Positions 15,447 to 24,870 of a stretch of DNA of 51,337 nucleotides are shown in pieces (within the stretch, counting starts at the first letter, position 1; every line of letters starts with the position of its first letter). The stretch covers positions 1 to 51,337 of the IMG/VR virus record IMGVR_UViG_3300036846_000218; one strand, written 5' to 3'. A model generated the notes under the pieces. It was not told the DNA's origin. It saw only the letters and a list, made by a program, of their open reading frames with translations, and did no database searches. A program made the translations under genes and the position numbers. The DNA comes from a virus.

Positions 15447-17476
15447 GTCTATTTCAAAACAACTTTCTGACCCCACAAACATCCGAATTCCTGTTTAAGC
15501 TACCCCCGCCTGAAAAGTATGTTCCTGAAGACATTTTTCAAATTAACTATACGACCAAACAGCGGAGCTATCTCACTGATCAGGAACTAGCATCTCTGGT
15601 GCCGGGTTCTGTCATGATCCTCGATACGGAAACCTACATCAATTATCACCTTGTTTGTATCAAGCATTGCGACACCGGCAAGTACCTAACATTTGAATGG
15701 CCGTTCGGTCGTGAAGGAAAGCTGATGTGGATTCTTCAGCGTTTCCTGATCATTGGTTTCAATTTACGTGGATACGATATCCCGATGTTGACAATGGCCC
15801 ATGCCACTTTCAAATACAGCATTGAGGATTTGAAAGAACTGTCCAACAAAATCATCATCGGCAAAATGTTCCCATATCAAATTGAACAGATGTACAAGTT
15901 CAAATTCATTCAGTGCAACTCTATCGACTTACTTGAAGTATGCCCACTCGGTTACACGTCTCTCAAGCTGTACTCAGGACGGCTGCACTGCAAACGAATG
16001 CAGGATATGCCCATTCCAGATGATCAGACTCTAACCTCAGACCAAAAGTTAATTGTCAAAGACTACTGCCTGAACGATGTGGACAACACGGAACTCTTGT
16101 TTAACTTTCTCAAGCCTCAACTTGAACTGCGCTATTCAATGTCCAACGTCTACAACATCGATTTGCGCTCCAAGTCCGATGCTCAACTAGCCGAAGCTGT
16201 TGTAGGCAAAGAACTGGAACGGCGCACCGGAGTCAGACCCGCTCGTTCGTTGGATCACAAAACATGGTTCTACTACCAGTGGCCCGACAACTTAAAATTT
16301 CATTCTCCAATATTGCAAGAACTAGGCGAAACCATCGCTAACACATCCTTCTACATTGACGATGATGGAAAGGTCAAAATCCCAGATGCCATCAGCAAGA
16401 AACAAATTGAATTTGGAAACAATGTGTACAGAATTGGAATCGGCGGATTGCACAGTTCAGAAAAGCGCAAGGGACTCAAAACTGAAGGTGGCATGTTGTT
16501 GTTTGATCGTGACGTTGCCAGTTATTACCCTTCTATTATTCTTAATCAAAGACTATTCCCGCGACACTTGGGAACGTCGTTTCTTGAAGTCTACAACGAT
16601 CTGGTTCAGCGAAGACTAACAGCCAAAAGGACCGGCGACAAAGTAACAAGCAATGCTCTAAAGATTTGCGTCAACGGAATCTTTGGCAAGTTAGGTAGTC
16701 AGTGGTCGTTTCTTTACTCGCCAGAACTCTTGATTCAAGTTACGATCAGCGGTCAATTATTCCTCTTGCAACTGATCGACATGCTGAACACATACGGTGA
16801 CAACTTCGTGCGTGTGAAGTCAGCCAACACCGATGGAGTCTTGATTTACTGCGAGTGCGAACACGTCACACTCATGCACCAAATCATCGAATATTGGGAA
16901 AAGGAAACAGGGTTTGCCACAGAAGAAACACAGTATCAAGCGGTGTATGCGCGTGACGTGAACAACTACGTTGGCGTGAAGATGGATGGTGAAGTAAAAG
17001 TCAAAGGTGCCTACAGTGAACGAGGATCAGCCGGGGATTCCCCGCTTGCGCGAAACCCGGAAGCGTTTATTTGCGGAGACGCGGCAAAGGCTTTCTTAAC
17101 TAAGAAAACACCACTGAAAGACACCATCTATGGGTGCAACGATATTCGCCGCTTCGTGTTCGTTCGCAACGTCAAGGGTGGTGGTGTCAAGAGCGGTGTC
17201 CCTCTTGGCAAAACAATTCGCTGGTATTATTCCACAAAAGCGAAGGGGGAAATCAATTACCTCACCAGTGGAAACAGAGTTGCGAACACAATCGGCGCAA
17301 TGCCGCTGATGGAGCTACCCGAAACGTTTCCTGATGATCTTGATTACGCTCGTTACATAAACATTGCGGAAAGTATTCTATACGATATCGGTGCTACCGA
17401 AAAACCACCTTTAGATTTTGATGACAAGTTCACCAACAACTTTGCCACTCGCATTATGGCTTTCTCAGAGCTATAG
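15443..17476 (+). CDS. DNA polymerase, family-B-like, with 3-prime to 5-prime exonuclease motifs
   Basis: The ATG at 15443 overlaps the clamp stop (ATGA). Exo I is ILDTETY and Exo II is YCLNDVDNTELLF. Motif A is DVASYYPSII, motif B is KICVNGIFGKLG and motif C is SANTDGV. Confidence 0.8.
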   Translation: MSLFQNNFLTPQTSEFLFKLPPPEKYVPEDIFQINYTTKQRSYLTDQELASLVPGSVMILDTETYINYHLVCIKHCDTGKYLTFEWPFGREGKLMWILQRFLIIGFNLRGYDIPMLTMAHATFKYSIEDLKELSNKIIIGKMFPYQIEQMYKFKFIQCNSIDLLEVCPLGYTSLKLYSGRLHCKRMQDMPIPDDQTLTSDQKLIVKDYCLNDVDNTELLFNFLKPQLELRYSMSNVYNIDLRSKSDAQLAEAVVGKELERRTGVRPARSLDHKTWFYYQWPDNLKFHSPILQELGETIANTSFYIDDDGKVKIPDAISKKQIEFGNNVYRIGIGGLHSSEKRKGLKTEGGMLLFDRDVASYYPSIILNQRLFPRHLGTSFLEVYNDLVQRRLTAKRTGDKVTSNALKICVNGIFGKLGSQWSFLYSPELLIQVTISGQLFLLQLIDMLNTYGDNFVRVKSANTDGVLIYCECEHVTLMHQIIEYWEKETGFATEETQYQAVYARDVNNYVGVKMDGEVKVKGAYSERGSAGDSPLARNPEAFICGDAAKAFLTKKTPLKDTIYGCNDIRRFVFVRNVKGGGVKSGVPLGKTIRWYYSTKAKGEINYLTSGNRVANTIGAMPLMELPETFPDDLDYARYINIAESILYDIGATEKPPLDFDDKFTNNFATRIMAFSEL

Positions 17477-18695
17477 CAACCATCGGCGCATTAGCAACAG
17501 CAGCATTGAACGTTGCCCCCACCGTGAGCGCCCCGGCATTCACTTGAACACCATAGCCAAGAGTTATGGCACCAGCACCGTTTGCTTGCGAAGCTAGCAC
17601 TCCACCAATTGTCGTAAACGTGGTAGTTGCAGTTGTAGTTGAGTTAGCATAGACCAACACTGCTGGTGCCGCCGAAGTAATCGAAACAGATATGCTGCTT
17701 TGAGCAGTAGCACTGGCTACAACTTGTGCCGTACCAACAAGGGTAGTTGAAAGATTGGAAAACTCAGCAATAGAGACACTGCGGGTTCCACCACTATACC
17801 CATTTACAGTAACCGTATTCGCACCCGATGCTGCCGCTGTGCCAGTGTATATCCAGATAGTATTTAACGAACTACCCGTTGATTGTGAGGCAATGGTATA
17901 GACAGTTCCAACTGTATCAGTGATCGATGTTGGAGCGGTGGCACTAATACTGCTGAATGCCACGACTAGGATGTTTCCTTTGGTGACGTTGCTATTAAAT
18001 GCAAGTGTCGGAACAGTGGCAGTTGAAAACGACTTCGCTTGCAGCATCAAAGGTGCCGGTACACTTGAATTTGCCGCCGCCCAATTTCCAGTATCAAATC
18101 CGCTTACATTAACGTTGTTTTCATCAAAGCCAAACAACGGTCCAACCTGCCCGGTCTGATAGTTGTATTGCACCCCTTCTGGACGGGGAACGATCATGCC
18201 GTTATTAATTAAATCAGTGATGATGGAGCTAAGGGTTCCGGTTGTCGTGACCGATGCGGTCATGTTCTGATTGTCAGTAAGTATGATTGAGCCTGTTTGA
18301 AAAATGCCTTGCATCGTCGAATAGATCGATGACAGTTTGCCATCCCAATTATCATTAGCTCTAGTCGCGTACAGCAAGACTCTGTAGGTAGCATCATCGA
18401 GTATTGGTGATACACCATTGGACGGTTGAAACGGCACATGTCTGGACACACCCAACAATTGGCCCAGTACGTCAAGCTGAATGCCAACCGCACAATCAAT
18501 ATCGTAGTTACCGTTGAATCCCTGAATGCAGGTAGCCAAGTCATCAATCGGCTGCATTAACGCTTGCTGCCATGCCTTCAAGTTTGGCGACATTTGATAT
18601 TGCGATGCGAACAAGGCAAGGTAATACTGCATGTTCTGCTTCATTTGCAGTATCGGGACCGGGCAAGCTACCGGTGTGAGTCGCGTCTTCATCAA
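17454..18695 (-). CDS. Baseplate-distal tail protein: DUF2313 (Mu gp48 / XkdU-like) N-terminus + Ser/Thr/Ala-rich C-terminal domain
   Basis: 413 aa. YYLALFASQYQMSPNLKAWQQALMQPIDD...GIQLDVLGQLLGVSR fits the gp48-like pattern. The C-terminal 200 aa are T/S/A/V-rich. It is the last gene of the baseplate operon. Confidence 0.6.
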   Translation of the reverse strand: MMKTRLTPVACPVPILQMKQNMQYYLALFASQYQMSPNLKAWQQALMQPIDDLATCIQGFNGNYDIDCAVGIQLDVLGQLLGVSRHVPFQPSNGVSPILDDATYRVLLYATRANDNWDGKLSSIYSTMQGIFQTGSIILTDNQNMTASVTTTGTLSSIITDLINNGMIVPRPEGVQYNYQTGQVGPLFGFDENNVNVSGFDTGNWAAANSSVPAPLMLQAKSFSTATVPTLAFNSNVTKGNILVVAFSSISATAPTSITDTVGTVYTIASQSTGSSLNTIWIYTGTAAASGANTVTVNGYSGGTRSVSIAEFSNLSTTLVGTAQVVASATAQSSISVSITSAAPAVLVYANSTTTATTTFTTIGGVLASQANGAGAITLGYGVQVNAGALTVGATFNAAVANAPMVAIALRKP

Positions 18696-19870
18696 CTCAC
18701 CGTCACATTTGCCGCAATGCCTTGACAGACTTGATTGAATAGAATCGGAATGTCCGTTGTACCTTGACTGCCACTTGCCGTACCAGCTTTCATGCTTGTA
18801 ATTGAAAACATCGGTTGAGTTAAATCAGGCATAACGGATAACGCGGCACCGTACAGAGCAGAAATAGTTAGAAGTTCTCCTATCTGCAATTTGTTTAAGT
18901 AACTTACCATCGCGGCTTGAATTGCTGTGGTCGTCGCAGTGGTGTACCCGGCAAGGTGGGTCGTAACGCATGTCACGAATATTGGCACATAGGTAGGACG
19001 GAAGAAACTAATGTTCATGATCTGCCCGGTATTGGGGTCCGTCACCGGTACCGTGGTTGTTCCGTTGGTCAAGCAACCGGGAGTCTTATTTAAGTAAATA
19101 GCGTTGGCTACAGCGGCATCCAAACCACCTTCGACAACCATGCTAATCGAGTGCGGAGGATTGCCGTAGCTGTCCGTTACACCGGTAGGATTCTCGACCC
19201 CCACAGTTCCATAGCGTGTGACGCCCGGAACGGCTGCTATCCCTGCTATGGTGCCATTCACAAGCGTCTGCGATGGAAGGACCACGCTAAGTGTCTGTCT
19301 CTGCCTGAAAGCCGAATCAGCTTCAACAGGCGTACCGGGCGCGGCAGCGGCGGGGTTCGTGACCGTCGTCCACCCCTGAATAGGATTCTGCCTGACTGTG
19401 ATCGTGTTGATACCTGCCGTGATCTGCCCCGGTGTTTCACATGTTGCTCCAACGTTGATTGTTCCACCAGCGGGGATTTGAAATGAAGCAAGTAAATCCC
19501 AGAGATTACCGTTAGCATCTTGAGCTATCCTGTTGTTCATTTGAGTGTTTGGAGCACCCGTAACTGTCAAAGTCACAGTTGAAAACGTAGCGCCTAGTCG
19601 CGCAATACCATTTAATTTATAGAGCGAGTCTTGCTGCACACCAATTGCCGTCATCGGACTCATGCCATTGAACACGGCTTGTGCAAGTTGCATTAGATCG
19701 TTTGCCATCAAAGCGAAGACGGCAATGCTTTGAATGTCCGTAGTGCTGATGTTTTGTGTAACAGATTGCCCGTATATGCCGGTGTACTGAGTGACAAGAT
19801 AGTCCCTTATGTCCTGATACAAGGGAGTGTGCAACCCGGTTGCATCGACATATGGAGCAAAGTAAGACAT
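18692..19870 (-). CDS. Baseplate J-like protein (Mu gp47 / P2 gpJ family)
   Basis: 392 aa. It sits between a gpW-like gene and a gp48-like gene, with an ATGA overlap to the downstream gene. Confidence 0.65.
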   Translation of the reverse strand: MSYFAPYVDATGLHTPLYQDIRDYLVTQYTGIYGQSVTQNISTTDIQSIAVFALMANDLMQLAQAVFNGMSPMTAIGVQQDSLYKLNGIARLGATFSTVTLTVTGAPNTQMNNRIAQDANGNLWDLLASFQIPAGGTINVGATCETPGQITAGINTITVRQNPIQGWTTVTNPAAAAPGTPVEADSAFRQRQTLSVVLPSQTLVNGTIAGIAAVPGVTRYGTVGVENPTGVTDSYGNPPHSISMVVEGGLDAAVANAIYLNKTPGCLTNGTTTVPVTDPNTGQIMNISFFRPTYVPIFVTCVTTHLAGYTTATTTAIQAAMVSYLNKLQIGELLTISALYGAALSVMPDLTQPMFSITSMKAGTASGSQGTTDIPILFNQVCQGIAANVTVS

Positions 19871-19874
19871 TCAA

Positions 19875-20294
19875 TCACCTTGTTTGAACGGGTATCGTTG
19901 CCGAATCTCCCGGTACGAATTGAGTCTGCAATGTCCCAAATTGCGTGTAGGTAGTACACACATATGTGAACGTTCTTGATTTTGAGTCATAACCAATAGC
20001 AACGTTTCCGATCCCGGTCACATACGGAACTGACATTATCACTTGCTGAATTAGCAATCCAGCAATTTGAGGGTTATTGCCTACACCAGCAACACCAACG
20101 ATCTGTTGAAACAGCGGCAACCCGGCATCTAGGTTCTCCCACCACTCGCCTTGCAACAACAGCAACGATGTGTCAATCAATTGAGCAACAGCGTACAAAT
20201 CAGTGTAAAAATCCTGTAGACCATTCCCGTATATCGGGTCATGGTGCGCGTCCAGCTTGCGAACTGAAATCGTTGGTGTGACTGCTGTACTCAT
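19875..20294 (-). CDS. Baseplate wedge protein (gpW / Mu gp46-like)
   Basis: 139 aa. The call rests on position between the spike and J-like genes. Confidence 0.5.
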   Translation of the reverse strand: MSTAVTPTISVRKLDAHHDPIYGNGLQDFYTDLYAVAQLIDTSLLLLQGEWWENLDAGLPLFQQIVGVAGVGNNPQIAGLLIQQVIMSVPYVTGIGNVAIGYDSKSRTFTYVCTTYTQFGTLQTQFVPGDSATIPVQTR

Positions 20295-21019
20295 ACCAAA
20301 GGTCCGGTGTTACTGCCGCCCGACTGCACACCGCTATGCACATGGGCAGCGAAGGACTTACCGTTAATTGTTGCATTGCCGGTTGTGGTCAAGGTTCCAT
20401 TTACCGTTAAGTTACCCTGCACAACGATACCACTTGGACTAATAGTGATCGACTGACCTTGCATGTTAATTTGAATCTGGGTAGCGGTCATCGATATAGC
20501 AACGTTACCTGCCATGTTTCTTAGCTGCACAGCGGACGTGGAAAAGCTAGGAATTGTGAGCGGTTGACTTCGCGGAGCAAGAATTGCAAACCCATCTGAT
20601 AGATCGTGTCGGTGTTCTAGTTCCTGTTTACGGCCAATTGTCTTACCATTAGCATCAGTTGCAAAGCCATATGTTGACCATGCGTTCACGCACATGTCAG
20701 CAAAGCATACGTAGCACTCGCATCCGATTAAATTAGGAAATGTCAAACACCAATCGTGATCACCGGGAAACAGCACTAACACATCATGAAGCAGCGGCAA
20801 TTCAACCGGTAGTTTAGTTCCGTCCGGTAAGTGAACATGCTCCATGATTGCCAGTTGCACACTTGCATACTGCTTCACTGGGTCAAACGATTTGATGATT
20901 CCTGGCAACCCGCAACGTGTGTTTTGAGCAATACGCTTTATCAGAGTCTTGTAAATGAGACTCTGCATATGAACACGTTCAGCGAGTGTCGAAGTTCCGG
21001 TATAGACGTTTGTGCTCAT
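20291..21019 (-). CDS. Baseplate spike / assembly protein V (Mu gp45-like)
   Basis: 242 aa. An N-terminal OB-like segment CGLPGIIKSFDPVKQYASVQL is followed by the C-terminal beta-helix repeats ISMTATQIQINMQGQSITISPSGIVVQGNLTVNGTLTTTGNATINGKSF and then AHVHSGVQSGGSNTGP. Confidence 0.65.
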   Translation of the reverse strand: MSTNVYTGTSTLAERVHMQSLIYKTLIKRIAQNTRCGLPGIIKSFDPVKQYASVQLAIMEHVHLPDGTKLPVELPLLHDVLVLFPGDHDWCLTFPNLIGCECYVCFADMCVNAWSTYGFATDANGKTIGRKQELEHRHDLSDGFAILAPRSQPLTIPSFSTSAVQLRNMAGNVAISMTATQIQINMQGQSITISPSGIVVQGNLTVNGTLTTTGNATINGKSFAAHVHSGVQSGGSNTGPLV

Positions 21020-22041
21020 ATCTGCATTATCAAACCCAACAGGTTAGCGTTCTTGATCATCCCAGTCATTTCCGTATACCAGTCGTTCCCTCTGGTATCC
21101 CCGACATGAGTAACCTTAGCGATTGTGTACTCTCCACCAATGTCTAACATGGTGGGGTAATCTTTTTGATCGGAGTCAAGATTAGGAGTGAATTGCTGTT
21201 GCCGAATAACAACGCTTGGCGCAAGCTTTAGTTGCATCAATAACTTTGCCCTTGAATCAAGCAACACTCTGACAGTAACACCGTTTTCCATCATCTCTGG
21301 TACATCTATCAATCCGTTGTTTTCGTCGTATTCAAGTTCTTCTACCAATGTGCTTGACTGCAAACTTTTCATAACCAATTCTTCATTCTTCCACCACATC
21401 AAGCTATTGGTTGTCGAAGCCATATACCGCGCCATCTCATCCGGTTGCCCGAAGAATGCCGTAGCTCTGGTAATAGGATCAGCGTTTGCATAAACTTCAG
21501 GGTCCATCGTGACCTTGAATGTGTACTTGCTGCCAGCAGCCATTGCAGCAACAATGTTCCGAATTGAGTTATAGCCTGAAACAGTTGTCCACGCATAGTT
21601 AAAATCACCGGCCACCAGATGCCCGGTTAGACACCGCAACGTCAATTTTAGATTGATTCCACCTTCTCTTTCCCATATCGGCTGAAAGATCGTTCCTTCG
21701 TAAATTTGCCCCGGCTGTTGATCGGATTGATACCCGGCGAATAGCTTGACGGTCATACCGTACTTAATCATCTTTTGCAGTGTTGGACGATTTAGATTGT
21801 AAATGACGATATTAGCAAACCACAAAGAAGTTATCGCCACTGTATTAACTTCAAACTGAACGTGCAATTGCTCCGGTTGCCACGCGTTCACGCCTTCAGA
21901 ACCAAATGTGATTACTTGTTCTTGAACAACTTCAGCGTTCGGTTGCTTCACAGCCGTGTTGATTTCAACTCTCCACGTGCGCCCGAAGCGTTTAGTTTGC
22001 GAGAGCGATTGCACAGTTTGCGGTGTGCTAGACATTATCAC
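21016..22041 (-). CDS. Baseplate hub protein (gpD / Mu gp44 / XkdQ-like)
   Basis: 341 aa. Size and position upstream of the spike gene. Confidence 0.5.
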   Translation of the reverse strand: MIMSSTPQTVQSLSQTKRFGRTWRVEINTAVKQPNAEVVQEQVITFGSEGVNAWQPEQLHVQFEVNTVAITSLWFANIVIYNLNRPTLQKMIKYGMTVKLFAGYQSDQQPGQIYEGTIFQPIWEREGGINLKLTLRCLTGHLVAGDFNYAWTTVSGYNSIRNIVAAMAAGSKYTFKVTMDPEVYANADPITRATAFFGQPDEMARYMASTTNSLMWWKNEELVMKSLQSSTLVEELEYDENNGLIDVPEMMENGVTVRVLLDSRAKLLMQLKLAPSVVIRQQQFTPNLDSDQKDYPTMLDIGGEYTIAKVTHVGDTRGNDWYTEMTGMIKNANLLGLIMQI

Positions 22042-22366
22042 CCCACAGCAATATGAATTGTGTTCCTAACTCAAATGCATTTGGGTAGTCAGCATCGACA
22101 ACGCTTCCAACATTGAGCACATAGGCATCTCCAATTTCCATGTACCCGTATTGATTAAGAATGTTCGCTGCCGGATAAGCACCGGTCAACAGCGGAATAT
22201 CAGTTAGAAGAACATTGCGGTTCTGATCAGCAATCAGCATTACCCAATATCCGGCCATCTCATTGAACGAAAGAGACAGATACAAGGTTAATTGCGCCCC
22301 GTTGATAGCCAAGTTCACCGGGAACGTCTGATTCGGTGCTGTAGTTAGCGGTACGATCTGATCCAT
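22028..22366 (-). CDS. Small tail/baseplate protein
   Basis: 112 aa ORF inside the baseplate operon, overlapping both neighbouring genes. Confidence 0.5.
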   Translation of the reverse strand: MDQIVPLTTAPNQTFPVNLAINGAQLTLYLSLSFNEMAGYWVMLIADQNRNVLLTDIPLLTGAYPAANILNQYGYMEIGDAYVLNVGSVVDADYPNAFELGTQFILLWGDNV

Positions 22367-23190
22367 GACTTTTTCTTAAACGGAAGCGGTAAGGTTGGAA
22401 ACACACCCGATAAACCATCCTCAATGCCTATGCGTACTGAATCCCACAATCCGGCAGCGGGAATACCTGTAATAGCTTGAATCGGGTCTATCTTGTGTTG
22501 ATCGATAGTTGTTTGATCTGGTGTCTGAGTTTGCACATCTCCTAATTGAGTTTCACCGTATGACTGCAATCTAACTGCATTGGTAGTTGTCGCAACATCA
22601 GCTACAAAGATTTCCTGAAACTGCAACGTCATAAACAAACCACCGAAATACGTTCTCGCTGAATCCTCCGATGCGATATCAACCAAAATCATGTTGTTGT
22701 AGACATTCAAGCGAGTGTTTACGGTCATGACAATTCGTTTTGCCATGAGTATTTTCATGCGCTGATAAGCCGCAACACTTTTTGATCGATCATCGGACCA
22801 CATCTTTTTGAATCCAGCCATCGCATACATTGCCAGTGCATCCGTCATCAGCACTTCAAGTTGAAGCGTTGACGGCTGCAAGATCACATGATCAGTGATG
22901 TTGTATCCAGCTTGAACAGGATGCGTTGTAGGTGTCGCGGTCTGCCGGTGATGTGCTCTCCTAATGCCATCAAACACAAACATGTAAGTGTCAGTCTGAT
23001 TGTTGTATCCCGGTCCATCGATGATACTGGGACGATCTTGCGACTGTGCACCACCTTGATACGTTATGGCATACAACGCCTTCTGATCAGTCCAATTCGG
23101 AGGATAGTACTTCTGAACCAAATCAAGAGGATTTGGAAGATTTGCACCAAACACCGTTGGAAGATTAGTTATGAATCCGCCCATTACCAC
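22345..23190 (-). CDS. Tail protein after the tape measure (Mu gp43 / XkdP position)
   Basis: 281 aa. It lies immediately downstream of the tape measure and overlaps it. Confidence 0.45.
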   Translation of the reverse strand: MVMGGFITNLPTVFGANLPNPLDLVQKYYPPNWTDQKALYAITYQGGAQSQDRPSIIDGPGYNNQTDTYMFVFDGIRRAHHRQTATPTTHPVQAGYNITDHVILQPSTLQLEVLMTDALAMYAMAGFKKMWSDDRSKSVAAYQRMKILMAKRIVMTVNTRLNVYNNMILVDIASEDSARTYFGGLFMTLQFQEIFVADVATTTNAVRLQSYGETQLGDVQTQTPDQTTIDQHKIDPIQAITGIPAAGLWDSVRIGIEDGLSGVFPTLPLPFKKKSWIRSYR

Positions 23191-24866
23191 CCCCGCATTT
23201 CAGCAAGATTCATGTGCAACTTCATCGCATCATCTTGAGCGGTTGCATCTTTAATTTTCTTTAGAACGGTCTGCAAATCTGCACTCGGTTGCATAACATT
23301 CACTTGCGCGATATTAATTGTCGGACCGCTGCCTACACCAGCAGCTTTGCTATACCCGGCAGAACGTCTCATCGTGTCGGCTTCGTACTTAGCTAAGTTG
23401 TCTTCAAAATACTGTCCACCGGAACCCTGTTTCAAATCGGTAAGGTATTCGTGAAGACTCTTTGCTCCAACCGCTGCCGGAAACTTTCGAGCAATGTACT
23501 TAACCCAATAATCCTCGTAGGCTTGAGCGTTTGGAAACACGCGATAGCTCTTTAGATCAGGCGTTTTCAAACCACCGAAGTTCTGCCGCGCAATCGCTGG
23601 ACCGTAGGTAAAATCGTTCGTTTCGTGCGCCCATTGCCCATAAACCCACTCGGCAGGGATACCCAATCTCTTCCCTGCATCAGCCGCTAGCAACGCCATT
23701 TGATGCTTGTCAACAGCCCCGGTTGCTGTAGGTTTAGTTGGCGTTCCTCTGAACGGATTTTGAAACGTGAATCTAGGCTTCGTCGCCAATTCTTTTAAGG
23801 CATCCGCGCCCGTAGGACCACCCTTGGACGCGTTCTCCACCATCGAACCAACCCCGACACCCAAACCCGCGCCACCCACCACACCAATCGTTGTGCCTAT
23901 AGCACCACCAACAGCCGCACCGGGTACGCCACCAATCGCGCCACCTATGGCCGTACCTAGCGCCCCGCCACCCGCGCCACCAGCTACACCACCGGCGAGA
24001 GCACCAAAAATCCTTGGATGTGAGACGATCTTCTGGATCACCCAATCAATAGTTTCAAGCAATAACGCCAACCAATGAACAACCTGCTTGACGGCTTCGG
24101 CAAACTTATGAAAATCAAGTGTCGTACTCTCCAAAGCATTGTTACCGGAAAGCAATCCAATTAAGTTTGTGAAATCCAGAGCTAGACCTTTGAAGATATC
24201 CCAAACGCTGCCTAACACAGCTTCAGTGTCTTTTAGAATTGGTGTAATGTAGGTTGTGAACATGTCCGACCACAACGGAATGTGAGCGACTATGTAATCG
24301 TTGAACGTTTTTAATTTAGCTGCAAGGTTCTGCCCACCTAGCGCCTTGAACACTTTGGCAACAACATTCATCAGAAAATATTGACCCTCTAGTCCTAATC
24401 TCTGAATCTCAAGACGCACGTCTCTTATTTGCACCATCGTGCGCTCAAAGCCAATTGTTTTTAGTTGCTTCTCCATGATACCAAAGCTGCCAAGCAACTC
24501 TCTGCCACGATCACGTAATTCAGGATCATGCATAATCTCGCCAAGAGTTGCGCCTAGAGTTTCCGTCATAAGTTTCAGTTCACGGGCATGTTGTACGTCC
24601 ATGAACATGTGTTCGCCCCAAAGACGGTACTTCTGATCAGCCATCGCTACTTTGTCCGCTGCCGTAATCGCTGCTGTACCAATAGCAGCAAACACACCTA
24701 CACCAGCGGCATAGGCTTTAGCGAACTTACCTATCCACTTGTTTGTGTGGTCCTCAACTGATGTTGAGGCAGATTTCATTGCGTTATTGAATTGCTGGAG
24801 TTGGGAGTTGTTTACTGCGAAGCCTAAAGATATGAGGTAGCTCTTGAGGGACTTGGTATCGGCCAT
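23184..24866 (-). CDS. Tape measure protein with a C-terminal glucosaminidase (FlgJ-like) peptidoglycan-hydrolase domain
   Basis: 560 aa. Helical N-terminal half. Gly-rich hydrophobic core GALAGGVAGGAGGGALGTAIGGAIGGVPGAAVGGAIG. The C-terminus QWAHETNDFTYG...QNFGGLKTPD...YRVFPNAQAYEDYW resembles the ESGWG...NNLFGIK glucosaminidase pattern. Confidence 0.8.
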   Translation of the reverse strand: MADTKSLKSYLISLGFAVNNSQLQQFNNAMKSASTSVEDHTNKWIGKFAKAYAAGVGVFAAIGTAAITAADKVAMADQKYRLWGEHMFMDVQHARELKLMTETLGATLGEIMHDPELRDRGRELLGSFGIMEKQLKTIGFERTMVQIRDVRLEIQRLGLEGQYFLMNVVAKVFKALGGQNLAAKLKTFNDYIVAHIPLWSDMFTTYITPILKDTEAVLGSVWDIFKGLALDFTNLIGLLSGNNALESTTLDFHKFAEAVKQVVHWLALLLETIDWVIQKIVSHPRIFGALAGGVAGGAGGGALGTAIGGAIGGVPGAAVGGAIGTTIGVVGGAGLGVGVGSMVENASKGGPTGADALKELATKPRFTFQNPFRGTPTKPTATGAVDKHQMALLAADAGKRLGIPAEWVYGQWAHETNDFTYGPAIARQNFGGLKTPDLKSYRVFPNAQAYEDYWVKYIARKFPAAVGAKSLHEYLTDLKQGSGGQYFEDNLAKYEADTMRRSAGYSKAAGVGSGPTINIAQVNVMQPSADLQTVLKKIKDATAQDDAMKLHMNLAEMRGW

Positions 24867-24870
24867 AACG

